Source: a candidate division WOR-3 bacterium (GTDB taxonomy: Bacteria; Hydrothermota; Tepidihabitantia; Tepidihabitantales; Tepidihabitantaceae). Taken from it: a stretch of 57,244 nucleotides of DNA. How positions within the stretch are numbered: the first letter of the stretch is position 1; the number at the start of each line of letters is the position of its first letter. Shown piece after piece: positions 1 through 9,809 of this stretch. The stretch is from NCBI GenBank assembly GCA_039801225.1, contig JBDRUH010000003.1:1-57244 (forward strand), given 5' to 3'. Below the pieces are notes generated by a model that had not been told where the DNA came from, searched no databases, and saw nothing but the letters and a program-made list of their open reading frames with translations. Made by a program: the position numbers and the translations under genes.

Positions 1-996
1 CATCGGGAAGCGTCATTCGGCACTCTGCAAAATTCGGTAATGAAAGGACTGAACCGCGTCCTTTTGACCGAACAACCGGTTTATATCCTTACCGCCTCAG
101 GTACCGGGGCAATGGAGACCGCGGTATGCAACCTTATTAGTCCGGGAGACCGGGTGGTGGTGGCTCATTCCGGGAAATTTGGCGAAAGATGGCGCGAGCT
201 GGCAATAAGATTTGGTGGTTATGTTGACGAACTTAACCGCCCCTATGGTGAGTCAATCCCACCCGAGGAACTGGAGCGGAAACTTAAGAGCAACGATGCC
301 ACCCGTTGCGTATTCACTACTTTAACCGAGACTTCAACCGGGGCGCTCAATGATATTAAATCATTTGGCAAAATCTGCCATCGGTTAAATCGGATATTAG
401 TGGTTGATGCAATTGCCGGTCTTGGTGTCGATGAACTCCGGATGGACGATTGGCATATTGATGTGGTGGTTGGTGGTTCTCAAAAAGGACTGGCGGTGCC
501 CCCAGGTTTATCCTTCATTGCCCTCTCCACCCGTGCTTGGGACCAGGTGGAAAAATGTAAAAATTGCCGCTTCTATTTTGACCTCCGCCAGTATAAAAAT
601 TTTGCCGAAAAGGGCCAGACCCCCTGGACTCCAGCAATCTCCATCTACTACGCCTTGGATTTAGCCCTGAAGAAAATTAACCGCCGGGGTATTGAGAAAG
701 TCTGGGAGGAAAAACGACGGCTTGCCCAGTTTATTCGAGATAAAGTAAAAAGGATGGGCTTAGAAATCTTCCCGAAAAATCCCTCAAACGCCTTAACGGT
801 TATCAGAATGCCGGAAGGTGTTGACGGAACGAAAATTGTTGAAGTATGCAAGAAACGTTATGGCATTCTCCTTGCCAACGGTCAGGCAGAACTTCGCGGC
901 AAAGTGGTTCGCATCGGTCATATGGGACCGGTAACAAAGACAGAAATAGGAAAGGTGTTAAACCTATTCTTCCGGGTCTATAAGGAGATAAAATAA
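1..996 (+). CDS. Class V PLP-dependent aminotransferase (serine-pyruvate/alanine-glyoxylate family), 5' end outside window
   Basis: Frame is open from base 1 (HREASF...). Motifs SGTGAME, ETSTG, VDA and GSQK (PLP lysine), plus TPWTP and RIGHMG. Confidence 0.9.
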   Translation, partial: HREASFGTLQNSVMKGLNRVLLTEQPVYILTASGTGAMETAVCNLISPGDRVVVAHSGKFGERWRELAIRFGGYVDELNRPYGESIPPEELERKLKSNDATRCVFTTLTETSTGALNDIKSFGKICHRLNRILVVDAIAGLGVDELRMDDWHIDVVVGGSQKGLAVPPGLSFIALSTRAWDQVEKCKNCRFYFDLRQYKNFAEKGQTPWTPAISIYYALDLALKKINRRGIEKVWEEKRRLAQFIRDKVKRMGLEIFPKNPSNALTVIRMPEGVDGTKIVEVCKKRYGILLANGQAELRGKVVRIGHMGPVTKTEIGKVLNLFFRVYKEIK

Positions 997-1178
997 CGCT
1001 GTTAGCCTTAAGCAGAAAACCTTCATCCCCCTGCTCGCCATTTTTCAATAGATAATTTGTGAAAATAAGATTCATTTTTTGAATAACTTAGAAGTTTATA
1101 GTTTAATAAAGGGGCGTGCCCGGGGCTAGCCCCCCGGTAACCCTACAGGCAGAGGTTTAGGTAAGGTGGTTAATCCGC

Positions 1179-2096
1179 CTAATCTTCTTTTTTCGGCTCA
1201 ATATGCACAACTATATTAGTAACATCTGGATTGGCACTTCTCACCTCCTTTTCAACCCGGTTAGCGATTTCATGCCCGTCCTCAACCGATATTTTGGGGT
1301 CAACCTGGATGTGGACATCCATTTCTATTCTGTTACCTGCCCCGGAATGACGCGCCCGGAAGGCATGAAAACTTATCACCCCGGGAATACTAGCGATTGT
1401 TTGGTAAAGCCTGCTGAGCGTCTCAGGATGAGGCGCCCGGTCTGACAGTTTCTGTATTGACTCACGGATGATACGGAGGGCAATGAAGATAAGAAAAGAG
1501 GCGAGGAGCACGGCAGTGAGGTGGTCAAGAAATGCCCAACGGGGACCACCAATGAGGGCACCAGCGATACCCGATGCCGCAGCGATTGAGGAAAAGGCGT
1601 CAGAACGATGGTGCCAGGCGTTGGCGGTGACCGCCGGGTTGTGATAGCGCCGGCCGACTGAGATAGTAAGCCAATAAAGCATTTCTTTGAGGACAATTGA
1701 GGCGATAGCCCACCAGAAGGGTAACCAGTTGCGGATGCCGTTATGCTTTTCACTGAGGGTGATAAGCGAGTGAATGGCGATGTAAAGAGAGGCCAGGATA
1801 AGGAGGATGCCAACAAAGAGGGCGGTGAGCGATTCGTAGCGAAAATGCCCATAGTGGTGGTCTCGGTCCGGTGGACGCTTGGCAGCGGTTATACCCCAGA
1901 GGACCGGAATATCGCTGCCGAGGTCAGAAAGGCTGTGTAACCCATCGGCAATGATGGCACTGGATTGGGCAGAAAAACCGGCCAGAATCTTGCCTCCACA
2001 AAGAATGATATTTATTACCATTCCGAGAATGGTTACCTGTCGCTCGGCAACAAGTTGCTTATGGATGTTAAGGTGTGAGGAGGTATTTTCGTTCAT
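1179..2096 (-). CDS. Cation diffusion facilitator (FieF/MamM-like) transporter
   Basis: IADGLHSLSD, HHYGHFRYE, AWHHRSD and C-terminal VHIEP motifs; several hydrophobic helices. Confidence 0.92.
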   Translation of the reverse strand: MNENTSSHLNIHKQLVAERQVTILGMVINIILCGGKILAGFSAQSSAIIADGLHSLSDLGSDIPVLWGITAAKRPPDRDHHYGHFRYESLTALFVGILLILASLYIAIHSLITLSEKHNGIRNWLPFWWAIASIVLKEMLYWLTISVGRRYHNPAVTANAWHHRSDAFSSIAAASGIAGALIGGPRWAFLDHLTAVLLASFLIFIALRIIRESIQKLSDRAPHPETLSRLYQTIASIPGVISFHAFRARHSGAGNRIEMDVHIQVDPKISVEDGHEIANRVEKEVRSANPDVTNIVVHIEPKKED

Positions 2097-2141
2097 TTGT
2101 CGTCCGTTAAAAGTTAATTACACTATTATAGAAGTCAAGGG

Positions 2142-2170
2142 TTGCTTTAAGGTGTGATTGTAGGTAGTAT
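2142..2170 (+). promoter_or_regulatory. Putative sigma70 promoter TTGCTT-17-TAGTAT, 5 nt upstream of ATG 2176 (leaderless-type)
   Basis: Read from sequence; no SD upstream of the ATG. Confidence 0.45.
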
Positions 2171-2175
2171 TAGCG

Positions 2176-5100
2176 ATGGTGAAACCTAATAAAGTAACAA
2201 AACAGGAAACGGCAAACGGACAACGGCAAACGGACGACGGCAATTTGCCACGACTTTGTCAACAACGGATTGGTAGATTGGTGCGAGCGGTAGTTCTAAA
2301 TGACCTGATTGCACTTTTTTTAATTCTCATAGCAATTCTTGCATTCGGAACATTCCTCGCCGCTCTTCTCTTTCTTTCCGGTTGGGTAATCCTCCTTTTT
2401 GCCCCGGTTTTAGTAATACTGGGTTTTTACTGGTTAAGAGCGGCAAGGGTTAAAATCGTTGCCTATCAGGTTGAGCGGCTCTTTCCCGAGTTGCAGGGCA
2501 GACTGGTGAATGCTTTAGAACTTGCTTTATACAAGCCAGGAGTTGAAGGGTATTCTTTGGAGTTACGCGATGCGGCAATAGAACAGGTGGAAAAGGTACT
2601 GGCACCTCTGCGTTTAGACCGGGTCCTGCCTAAAAAAAGAGTCATCTTTTCTGGACTCGCGGCTCTGTTGGCTATTGGGGTTTTTCTCGGGCTTTTGCGC
2701 TTTGGTGGTAAACGAGCCGAGTTAGGTTTAAAAAACTCTTTTGCTGCCAACAGGATGAAGATAGTGTTTGATGTTCTCCCGGGTGATACCGCCGTCTTTT
2801 CTGGTGAAGAGGTGGTCTTGGGCTGTCGGGTAAAGCCCAAGGGCGTCTTCAATAGCCTCTGGCTGGAAACAAAAGGTAAAAATAGAGAAAAGCGGCGAGT
2901 TGGGCTCATAAACGATAGTTGCAGTCTGAGTTTAGTGATAAAAGAAGGTTTGAAATACCGGTTCAGGTTATTGGGTAAAAATTCAGACTGGTTTCAGGTG
3001 GGTTTGTTGGAACCGGTGACACTAAAAAGGCTATCTTTCATTTGCCGACCACCCGGTTATACCAATTTGCCCGAGCGCCAATTAACCGGTTCAGAGATTG
3101 TTGCGCTGAAAGGAACAATAATAGATTTTTCTGGAGAGGTGAATCAGCCGATAGAAAACGGCAGGCTGATTTTGGGAAGTGAAACTGTTAATGTCACGGT
3201 TGACAGAAAAGAGCCGATGTGTTTTTCTGGAAGATTTGTGGTAAAGGGGGATAATGAGGGGAAATTTGAACTAAAAGCCAAAAACCAAAAGCCAAAAGCC
3301 AAAAGCCAAACCATTGCCCGAATTCTGGTGCGGACACTTCCTGACGAAAGCCCTTTTTTGAAGGTGTTCCTGCCCGGAAAGGACATTGACCTACCAATGA
3401 ATATGCGGGTTCTTTTGGGAATAAATACAATTGACGATTATGGCTTAAAAGACCTCTGGCTCCATTTCGGGAAAGAGTCAATCGTTCAACGGGTGCGGCT
3501 AAAAAATCTAAGTGGAAGAAAAGAGGACACAACATTTTATGTCTGGGATTTGACCAACTCCGGACTCCTCCCCGGCGAGGCGATAAATTACTACCTCCAG
3601 GTAACCGATAACGATGCGGTTTCAGGTCCGAAGAGCACAAAGAGTGATATCTTTTCCATCCGCTTTCCGACAATTCAAGAAATTTACTCCCAGGCGGTGG
3701 AAAAAACCCAGGCTACGCAGGCGGAACTTGAGCCAATTGGCGAAGAGCAGACGAAAATTGGTGAGGAGATTATCCGCTTGAGTGAGGAGTTGAAGAAAAC
3801 CCGACAACTGTCTTGGGAGGAAAAGAGACGGCTTGAGGAGATGGTCAACGAACAAACGAAGATATTAGAGAAACTTAACCAACTGAAGGAGGATGTGGCA
3901 AAGACTCAGGAAGAGATTATCTCTGGAATGAACTGGGATAAGGAGACTCTGGAACGGCTGAATGAGTTACAGGAACTCCTCTCCCGTCTTTTACCTGTTG
4001 AGATGCAAAAGGCATTAAAAGAGTTGGGAATGAGGTTAAGCGAAAAAACCGGAGATATCCGCCAGGCTTTGGAGAATTTGAGTCGGCGACAGGAGGAGAT
4101 GAAAAAAAGCATTGAGCAGGCACTAAAACTCCTAAAGCGGATAATGGAAGAAGAACGACTTGCCGCACTTGCCCGGGAGGCTATGGAGTTAACCCGGGCG
4201 CAGGAGGAGATGAGCCGTCGTCTGGACCAAGACAATTTGAAGGATTTGGCAGAAAAAGAGCGGGCAATTCAAAAAAGATTGGACAGCCTTAGTAGTGAGA
4301 TGAAACAATTGAGTAAGGAGATTTCTGAACCGGCATTCGCTGAGTCCCTTACCACATTGAACGAGGAACTGAAAGAGGCGAAGGTGGCGGAGAGCGCCTT
4401 TGAATTGAGTGAACAACTGGCGCGAGGGGAAAGAAAAGGGACAAAGGAAAAAAGCGATTACCTGAAAGAGAGACTGAATCGCTTAGCAGAAAGGCTAAAG
4501 TCGCTTGCCGAGAGTCTGAAGCGCGGTCGTTCCCAGGAGGTTACCAGGAAACTTTTGACCGCTGGTGAACAACTAATTACCTTCTCCCAAGCGCAGGAGG
4601 ATTTGGAGGAAAAGTGGCAGAAAGGAGCCGCGCCATCAATCGTTGCTCAAGAACAAATGGGAATTTTTGAAGCAACCCGGATAGTGGCCGAAACTCTTGG
4701 TTCTATGGGCGCCCAGACCTTAATGGTCTCACCGCAGTTGGGACAGGAAATCGGCCGGGCACTTAACTTTATGCAAGAGGCGGCTGGTGCTTTAAACGAA
4801 GGCCGGGGCTATCAAGTATCAGGGCGAATGTCTCAAGCCCGGCAGAGCCTTAATAAGGCGATAGAGATGGTGTTTGATGCGGTGGACCAAGCAAGGCAGG
4901 GTGCTGGACTCTCCGGTGCGCTTCAGAACCTCTTAGAGGCACTCTCACAGATGACCGCTGAGCAGATGGCAATAAATGCCGGGATGTCTGGTCTGCCAAT
5001 ACCGATTCCCGCTTCGGGCTTGTCCGCTCAAGAAATGCAGGAACTTTTTCAACTCCTCGCCCGGCAGAAAAAACTGCGCGAGGAACTGGAAAAACTGCTT

Positions 5101-5466
5101 AAGTCAATGGGTGGTGAAAGACCAGGGTTAACCGGGGGTCTGGAACGGCTGGTTGATGAGATGAAAGGGGTGGAGCGGGCTCTTTCTGAACTTCAGATTG
5201 ACCGGAAACTGATTGAAAGACAGGAGGGGATTCTCTCCCGGCTCCTTGATGCCCAGCGTAGTTTAAGACAGGAGGGTTTTAAAGAGGAGCGTCGGGCAGA
5301 AACCGCTAAGGAATATAAGGTGATTGCACCAAAAGGTCTGCCCGAAGATAAAGGCGAGCGCAACCGACTTTTGCGTGAGGAGTTGATGCGGGCGTTGAAG
5401 CAAGGTTATCCATTAGAGTATGAGCGGTTGATTCGCAACTATTTTGAAAAACTCCTTGAGGAATGA
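2176..5466 (+). CDS. DUF4175-like membrane-anchored protein with Ig-like region and long Q/E-rich coiled coil
   Basis: N-terminal TM helices, PPGYT and DDYGL motifs, DND..SGPK, long coiled coil, C-terminal P.EY..LI.NYF. Confidence 0.75.
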   Translation: MVKPNKVTKQETANGQRQTDDGNLPRLCQQRIGRLVRAVVLNDLIALFLILIAILAFGTFLAALLFLSGWVILLFAPVLVILGFYWLRAARVKIVAYQVERLFPELQGRLVNALELALYKPGVEGYSLELRDAAIEQVEKVLAPLRLDRVLPKKRVIFSGLAALLAIGVFLGLLRFGGKRAELGLKNSFAANRMKIVFDVLPGDTAVFSGEEVVLGCRVKPKGVFNSLWLETKGKNREKRRVGLINDSCSLSLVIKEGLKYRFRLLGKNSDWFQVGLLEPVTLKRLSFICRPPGYTNLPERQLTGSEIVALKGTIIDFSGEVNQPIENGRLILGSETVNVTVDRKEPMCFSGRFVVKGDNEGKFELKAKNQKPKAKSQTIARILVRTLPDESPFLKVFLPGKDIDLPMNMRVLLGINTIDDYGLKDLWLHFGKESIVQRVRLKNLSGRKEDTTFYVWDLTNSGLLPGEAINYYLQVTDNDAVSGPKSTKSDIFSIRFPTIQEIYSQAVEKTQATQAELEPIGEEQTKIGEEIIRLSEELKKTRQLSWEEKRRLEEMVNEQTKILEKLNQLKEDVAKTQEEIISGMNWDKETLERLNELQELLSRLLPVEMQKALKELGMRLSEKTGDIRQALENLSRRQEEMKKSIEQALKLLKRIMEEERLAALAREAMELTRAQEEMSRRLDQDNLKDLAEKERAIQKRLDSLSSEMKQLSKEISEPAFAESLTTLNEELKEAKVAESAFELSEQLARGERKGTKEKSDYLKERLNRLAERLKSLAESLKRGRSQEVTRKLLTAGEQLITFSQAQEDLEEKWQKGAAPSIVAQEQMGIFEATRIVAETLGSMGAQTLMVSPQLGQEIGRALNFMQEAAGALNEGRGYQVSGRMSQARQSLNKAIEMVFDAVDQARQGAGLSGALQNLLEALSQMTAEQMAINAGMSGLPIPIPASGLSAQEMQELFQLLARQKKLREELEKLLKSMGGERPGLTGGLERLVDEMKGVERALSELQIDRKLIERQEGILSRLLDAQRSLRQEGFKEERRAETAKEYKVIAPKGLPEDKGERNRLLREELMRALKQGYPLEYERLIRNYFEKLLEE
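2207..2241 (+). repeat. In-frame heptamer tandem repeat (a/c)aacgg(c/a) x5
   Basis: aaacggc aaacgga caacggc aaacgga cgacggc. Confidence 0.85.
3271..3310 (+). repeat. In-frame heptamer tandem repeat ccaaaag x5-6 (encodes LKAKNQKPKAKSQ)
   Basis: ctaaaag ccaaaaa ccaaaag ccaaaag ccaaaag ccaaa. Confidence 0.9.
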
Positions 5467-7343
5467 AAAACTCTTCTTTGAGAAAAGGGCAAAGGATTAA
5501 AGCGGAAGCCATACGGCATTCCGCATTTCGCATTTCGCATTTCCTCTGGCACCTGACACTTATCGTTACTATCCTCCTATTTATGAGAAACTCTAAATCC
5601 GAAATCCTAAATTCTAAACAAATTCAAAGCACAAATGTTCTAAATCCAAAATGTTTTGATAATTGGGATTTTGGTATTAGAAATTGTTTAGGATTTAGCG
5701 CTTTGAAATTAGGATTTATTGGCGTCGGCTTGGCACAGGGGACATATCAGGCGCAACTATTGGAACGAAGCGGACAGTTTGAGCAGGCGCTCACCGCTTA
5801 CCAGCAGGTGCTACTCCACTCTCCCCAGGACCCGCTTGCCCTTGCCGGTTTTATTCGGATGTGCCGACAGTTAAAAAGGTTTGATTCGCTACTTGTAATC
5901 CTGTCACGGTTAGAAAAAGAGAAAGGCGAAAGACCGGAGCTCACATTAGGAATAATTGAGGGGCTTTTGGGTGTCAAACGCCGGACCGAAGCACTAACTC
6001 GGGCGCGGGCATTTACTCAAAAGCACCAAGAGAAAATTATGGAACTAATTGAGGTTTTAAAACAGAACGGCGAAATAGCGGGGGCAGCGGCACTCTTAGA
6101 GGAGGCGGTGAAACTTGCTGATAGCAGCTCGCCCCCCTTACCGGGAAGAGTCCGGATTGATTATTGGGAGCGGTTAATAGAACTCTACGAAATCCAGGGT
6201 AACACGGTTCGTGCTACTCAAAAAATAGTAGAAATCGCCAACTCACAGCCCGAGTTGCTGCCCCGATATCTGGAGCGGCTCAAGAGTTATGCTAAAGGCA
6301 CTGAAGGAGCAAGGGTTGTTAATGAACTGGGGAAGATAACCGACAAAAGGTCAAAGGCAAGAGCCCAAGCAGAGGTCTATCTTGCTCTGGGCGAAGAGGT
6401 TCAGGCGGTGAAAGTTGCAAAAGAGGCTTTTAGCCCTCAGGAACTGATGCTTTTTGCCGACGAGTGTGAGAAAAAAGGGGCGTTGCGCGCCGCTTTAACA
6501 ATCTACGAAGAACAAGGAGCAAAAACCTATGCGGCGCGGATTTTGCGCCAGTTGGGTCGCCTGCAGGAGGCGTTAGCGATATTACAAGGTGACTCCAGCC
6601 CGATGGCAATTTTTGAAACTGCCGAACTCTACCGACTTGAACGCCGAGACTTTACCAAGGCGGCAGATTTTTACTCTCGGGTATTGCGCTCAAGACCACA
6701 AGACCCGGCGGTCCTTATGGGACTAACTTCCTCATTGATCGGTCTAAAACAGTTAGACAGTGCACGGCAGGTGATTGAGAAAATACGGCGGATGGACGAC
6801 CGGGCGCTATTTCTCTTGATAAAGATACTTTTTTATCAGGGAAAGTTTGATTCTATTCCCCGGGTGGTTAAGGAACTCAGCCATCGCTTTCCCCAGAGCC
6901 CCTTGGTCAATGATGGACTGGAGCTAGGGCTTTTGAGTATGAGCGGGGAAAGGGCTAAGTCTTTTGCCTTAGCGATGCTAGAGTATGAAGCGGGTAAAGT
7001 AAGCGAAGGGATAAAAAGAACAAAAGAGCTTACCCAGGGCGAGGACATTGTTGCCCAACAGGCGTTTTTTCTCCTATCCAGATTACTCTTCCAAGAAGGA
7101 AAATATCAGGCGGCGCTGGCGGTCCTAGACAGTTTTCTCGTTCGCTTTCCCACCAGCGAACTGGCAGCAAAGGCGAAATTAAGACAGGCAGAAATTTATC
7201 GAGATGGACTCAATGACGAAGCCCGCTTTCGCGCTGTCCTTGAGCAACTTCTCGTTGACTTTCCTGGCTCCCCTTATCTTCCCATTGCCCGCAATATGCT
7301 CCAGAGCGCCCTCCGGGAGGTTAAACCCGGCGAGATGCGGTAA
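5463..7343 (+). CDS. Tetratricopeptide-repeat protein, probably exported; N-terminus carries repeat insertions
   Basis: ATGA overlap with the upstream stop codon; TPR-like helical repeats; FP.S motifs typical of BamD/YbgF-like TPRs. Confidence 0.8.
   Translation: MKNSSLRKGQRIKAEAIRHSAFRISHFLWHLTLIVTILLFMRNSKSEILNSKQIQSTNVLNPKCFDNWDFGIRNCLGFSALKLGFIGVGLAQGTYQAQLLERSGQFEQALTAYQQVLLHSPQDPLALAGFIRMCRQLKRFDSLLVILSRLEKEKGERPELTLGIIEGLLGVKRRTEALTRARAFTQKHQEKIMELIEVLKQNGEIAGAAALLEEAVKLADSSSPPLPGRVRIDYWERLIELYEIQGNTVRATQKIVEIANSQPELLPRYLERLKSYAKGTEGARVVNELGKITDKRSKARAQAEVYLALGEEVQAVKVAKEAFSPQELMLFADECEKKGALRAALTIYEEQGAKTYAARILRQLGRLQEALAILQGDSSPMAIFETAELYRLERRDFTKAADFYSRVLRSRPQDPAVLMGLTSSLIGLKQLDSARQVIEKIRRMDDRALFLLIKILFYQGKFDSIPRVVKELSHRFPQSPLVNDGLELGLLSMSGERAKSFALAMLEYEAGKVSEGIKRTKELTQGEDIVAQQAFFLLSRLLFQEGKYQAALAVLDSFLVRFPTSELAAKAKLRQAEIYRDGLNDEARFRAVLEQLLVDFPGSPYLPIARNMLQSALREVKPGEMR
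5513..5543 (+). repeat. In-frame heptamer repeat ttcgcat x4
   Basis: acggcat tccgcat ttcgcat ttcgcat ttc. Confidence 0.85.
5571..5739 (+). repeat. ~170-bp imperfect palindromic element, copy 1, in frame within the TPR gene
   Basis: Near-identical to 18121-18291 and to the reverse complement of 50191-50361; symmetry centre caaaa-tg-ttttg at 5647-5658. Confidence 0.95.
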
Positions 7344-7428
7344 CCGCTTAAATAACTAACTAAATTCTTTATGATAAACCTTCAGTTGGCTTTCTTCAAT
7401 TATTGCTAAAGTGAGGCAACGCGGGTTA

Positions 7429-7457
7429 TTGACTTTTTTATAATTTTTGAGTATATT
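7429..7457 (+). promoter_or_regulatory. Putative sigma70 promoter TTGACT-17-TATATT for nfnAB
   Basis: Near-consensus hexamers in an AT-rich intergenic region. Confidence 0.55.
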
Positions 7458-7523
7458 TTTATTTAAAAATTTTAAACTTACAGAAATTGAGCTGTTGGAA
7501 AAGGAACAAAAATAGGAGGTCAT

Positions 7524-8393
7524 ACGGTTAAGATATTGAAAAAGCAGATATTAGCGCCACAAATTAAACGGTTTGAACTTGATGCGCCCGAAATTGCTCG
7601 AAAGGCAAAACCGGGGCAGTTTGTTGTTCTGCGAATTGTAGAAGAGGGAGAACGAATTCCGCTTACGATAGCAGATACTGACCCGGAAAATGGCGTTTTG
7701 GTAATTGTCTTCCAGGAGGTTGGAAAATCTACGATGCTGTTAGGAACACTTTCCGAAGGTGATATGATAATGGATTTAATTGGTCCATTAGGTAAACCGA
7801 CCGATATTAAAAATTTTGGCACGGTGGTGTGTGTTGGTGGCGGAGTGGGAACCCCAGAAATTTACCCCGTGGCACGGGCATTGAAACAGGCTGGGAACCG
7901 GGTCATTTCCATAATCGGATTCCGCACCAAAGAACTGGTTTTTATGGAAAAGGAGATGGGCAAAGTTTCTGATGAGTTGATTGTTACTACCGATGACGGC
8001 TCTTATGGCAATAAAGGGTTTGTTACTGATATGCTTAAACAGGTGATTGACCGAGGAGAGAAAATTGACCGCTGTTTTGCGGTTGGACCGGTTATAATGA
8101 TGAAAATGGTTTCAAAACTCACCGAACCTTACCAGATTCCAACTATAGTTAGCTTAAATCCAATAATGCTGGATGCTACTGGCATGTGCGGCGTCTGCCG
8201 AGTTGAGGTGGATGGCGAGACAAAATTCGCCTGTGTTGACGGTCCTGAATTTGATGGGCATAAGGTTAATTTTGACCTGTTAATGGCGCGACTGAAGACC
8301 TATATAACCGAAGAAAAACAGGCGCTAGAACTATTTGTTAAATCACAATCTTCAGGTGGTTGCCGGTGTGAGGAAGGAGCGGTCCGTGGCTAA
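7524..8393 (+). CDS. nfnA: NfnA/SudB-type FAD/[2Fe-2S] subunit of electron-bifurcating transhydrogenase; probable ACG start at 7524 (track start TTG 7536)
   Basis: KPGQFV, GERIPLTIAD, GGGVG, MLDATGMCGVCRV and ACVDGPEFDG motifs; adjacent to nfnB. Confidence 0.88.
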   Translation, partial: TVKILKKQILAPQIKRFELDAPEIARKAKPGQFVVLRIVEEGERIPLTIADTDPENGVLVIVFQEVGKSTMLLGTLSEGDMIMDLIGPLGKPTDIKNFGTVVCVGGGVGTPEIYPVARALKQAGNRVISIIGFRTKELVFMEKEMGKVSDELIVTTDDGSYGNKGFVTDMLKQVIDRGEKIDRCFAVGPVIMMKMVSKLTEPYQIPTIVSLNPIMLDATGMCGVCRVEVDGETKFACVDGPEFDGHKVNFDLLMARLKTYITEEKQALELFVKSQSSGGCRCEEGAVRG

Positions 8394-9783
8394 AATTAAT
8401 CCCAAAAGAACACCTATGCGGGAACAGTCTCCAGAAAAACGCCGCTGCAACTTTGATGAGGTGCCTTATGGCTATACACCGGAGGAGGCAATCGCTGAGG
8501 CACAGCGCTGTCTGAAGTGTAAAAAGCCTGGGTGTGTTGAAGGTTGTCCGGTGGAGGTGGACATCCCCGGCTTTATCAGCCAAATTGCTCAAGGCAACTT
8601 TCTTGAGGCGGTAAAGATAATGAAGCGGACAAATGTCCTACCAGCAATTTGCGGTCGAGTGTGTCCTCAGGAGGTGCAATGTGAAGGTAGTTGTGTATTG
8701 GGGAAAAAGATGGAGCCAGTGGCGATTGGCAATTTGGAGAGGTTTATTGCCGACTGGGAGGCATCACAAGGAGAATGTGTAATGTGTGAAATGCTACCCG
8801 ACTCAGGTAAAAAGGTTGCGGTTGTTGGCTCTGGCCCAGCAGGCTTAACTATCGCTGGAGATATGCGAAAATTCGGACATCAGGTTACTATTTTTGAAGC
8901 GCTGCACAAACCGGGCGGCGTCTTGATGTATGGAATACCTGAATTTCGTTTGCCCAAAGCGGTGGTGGAAAGGGAAGTTAATTTCCTCCGCTCAATGGGG
9001 GTGGAAATAAAGTTGAATTATGTGATAGGCAAATTGATGACCGTTGATGAGTTACTAAAAGAGTTTGATGCGGTCTTTATCGGGACTGGTGCCGGTCTGC
9101 CGCTATTTATGGGCATTCCCGGAGAAAACTGTCTCGGGGTTTATTCGGCAAATGAGTATCTGACTCGCTCCAATCTGATGAAGGCATACCTGTTTCCCAA
9201 ATACGACACACCCATTGTAAGGGGGAAAAATGTGGCGGTTATTGGCGGAGGCAATGTGGCGATGGATGCGGCACGAACTGCATTGCGTTTGGGTGCTGAA
9301 CGCTCAATGTTAATATATCGCCGTTCCCGCGCCGAGATGCCGGCACGAGCGGCGGAAATCCATCACGCTGAGGAGGAAGGGGTGGAATTTCATCTTTTGA
9401 CCAATCCGGTGCGCTACATTGCCGATGGTCAGGGCTGGGTTAAAGAGGTGGAATGTCTGAAAATGGAACTGGGCGAACCCGATGCCTCAGGAAGACGCCG
9501 ACCGGTTCCTATCCCCGGTAGCGAGTTTCGGGTTCCGGTTGATACTGTGGTAGTTGCAATTGGTAACAGCCCAAATCCGCTTATTCCCCAAACCACCCCA
9601 GGGTTAGAGGTTAGTAAAAAAGGGACAATTTCTATAGACCCAAAAACCGGCAGGACCTCTAAAAAGGGTGTATTTGCCGGCGGCGATATTGTAACCGGTG
9701 CGGCAACGGTTATTCTCGCTATGGGCGCCGGTAGAATAGCAGCAAAATCAATGAATGAGTATCTATCAACTGGTGTCTGGTAA
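8386..9783 (+). CDS. nfnB: NfnB/SudA (GltD-like) large subunit; likely start GTG 8386
   Basis: RCLKC...C...CP and CGRVCPQE.QCE Fe-S motifs; GSGPAG, GGGNVAMD and FAGGDIV.GAATVILAMG; AAGGAG SD upstream of 8386. Confidence 0.9.
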   Translation: MAKINPKRTPMREQSPEKRRCNFDEVPYGYTPEEAIAEAQRCLKCKKPGCVEGCPVEVDIPGFISQIAQGNFLEAVKIMKRTNVLPAICGRVCPQEVQCEGSCVLGKKMEPVAIGNLERFIADWEASQGECVMCEMLPDSGKKVAVVGSGPAGLTIAGDMRKFGHQVTIFEALHKPGGVLMYGIPEFRLPKAVVEREVNFLRSMGVEIKLNYVIGKLMTVDELLKEFDAVFIGTGAGLPLFMGIPGENCLGVYSANEYLTRSNLMKAYLFPKYDTPIVRGKNVAVIGGGNVAMDAARTALRLGAERSMLIYRRSRAEMPARAAEIHHAEEEGVEFHLLTNPVRYIADGQGWVKEVECLKMELGEPDASGRRRPVPIPGSEFRVPVDTVVVAIGNSPNPLIPQTTPGLEVSKKGTISIDPKTGRTSKKGVFAGGDIVTGAATVILAMGAGRIAAKSMNEYLSTGVW

Positions 9784-9809
9784 AAAAACTATGAATAAGG
9801 AGATGGATT

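Noticed and set aside
6127..6160. Possible relic palindromic element in the TPR gene (SSPPLPGRVR)
   Set aside because: Too short and degenerate, with no second copy in the window.
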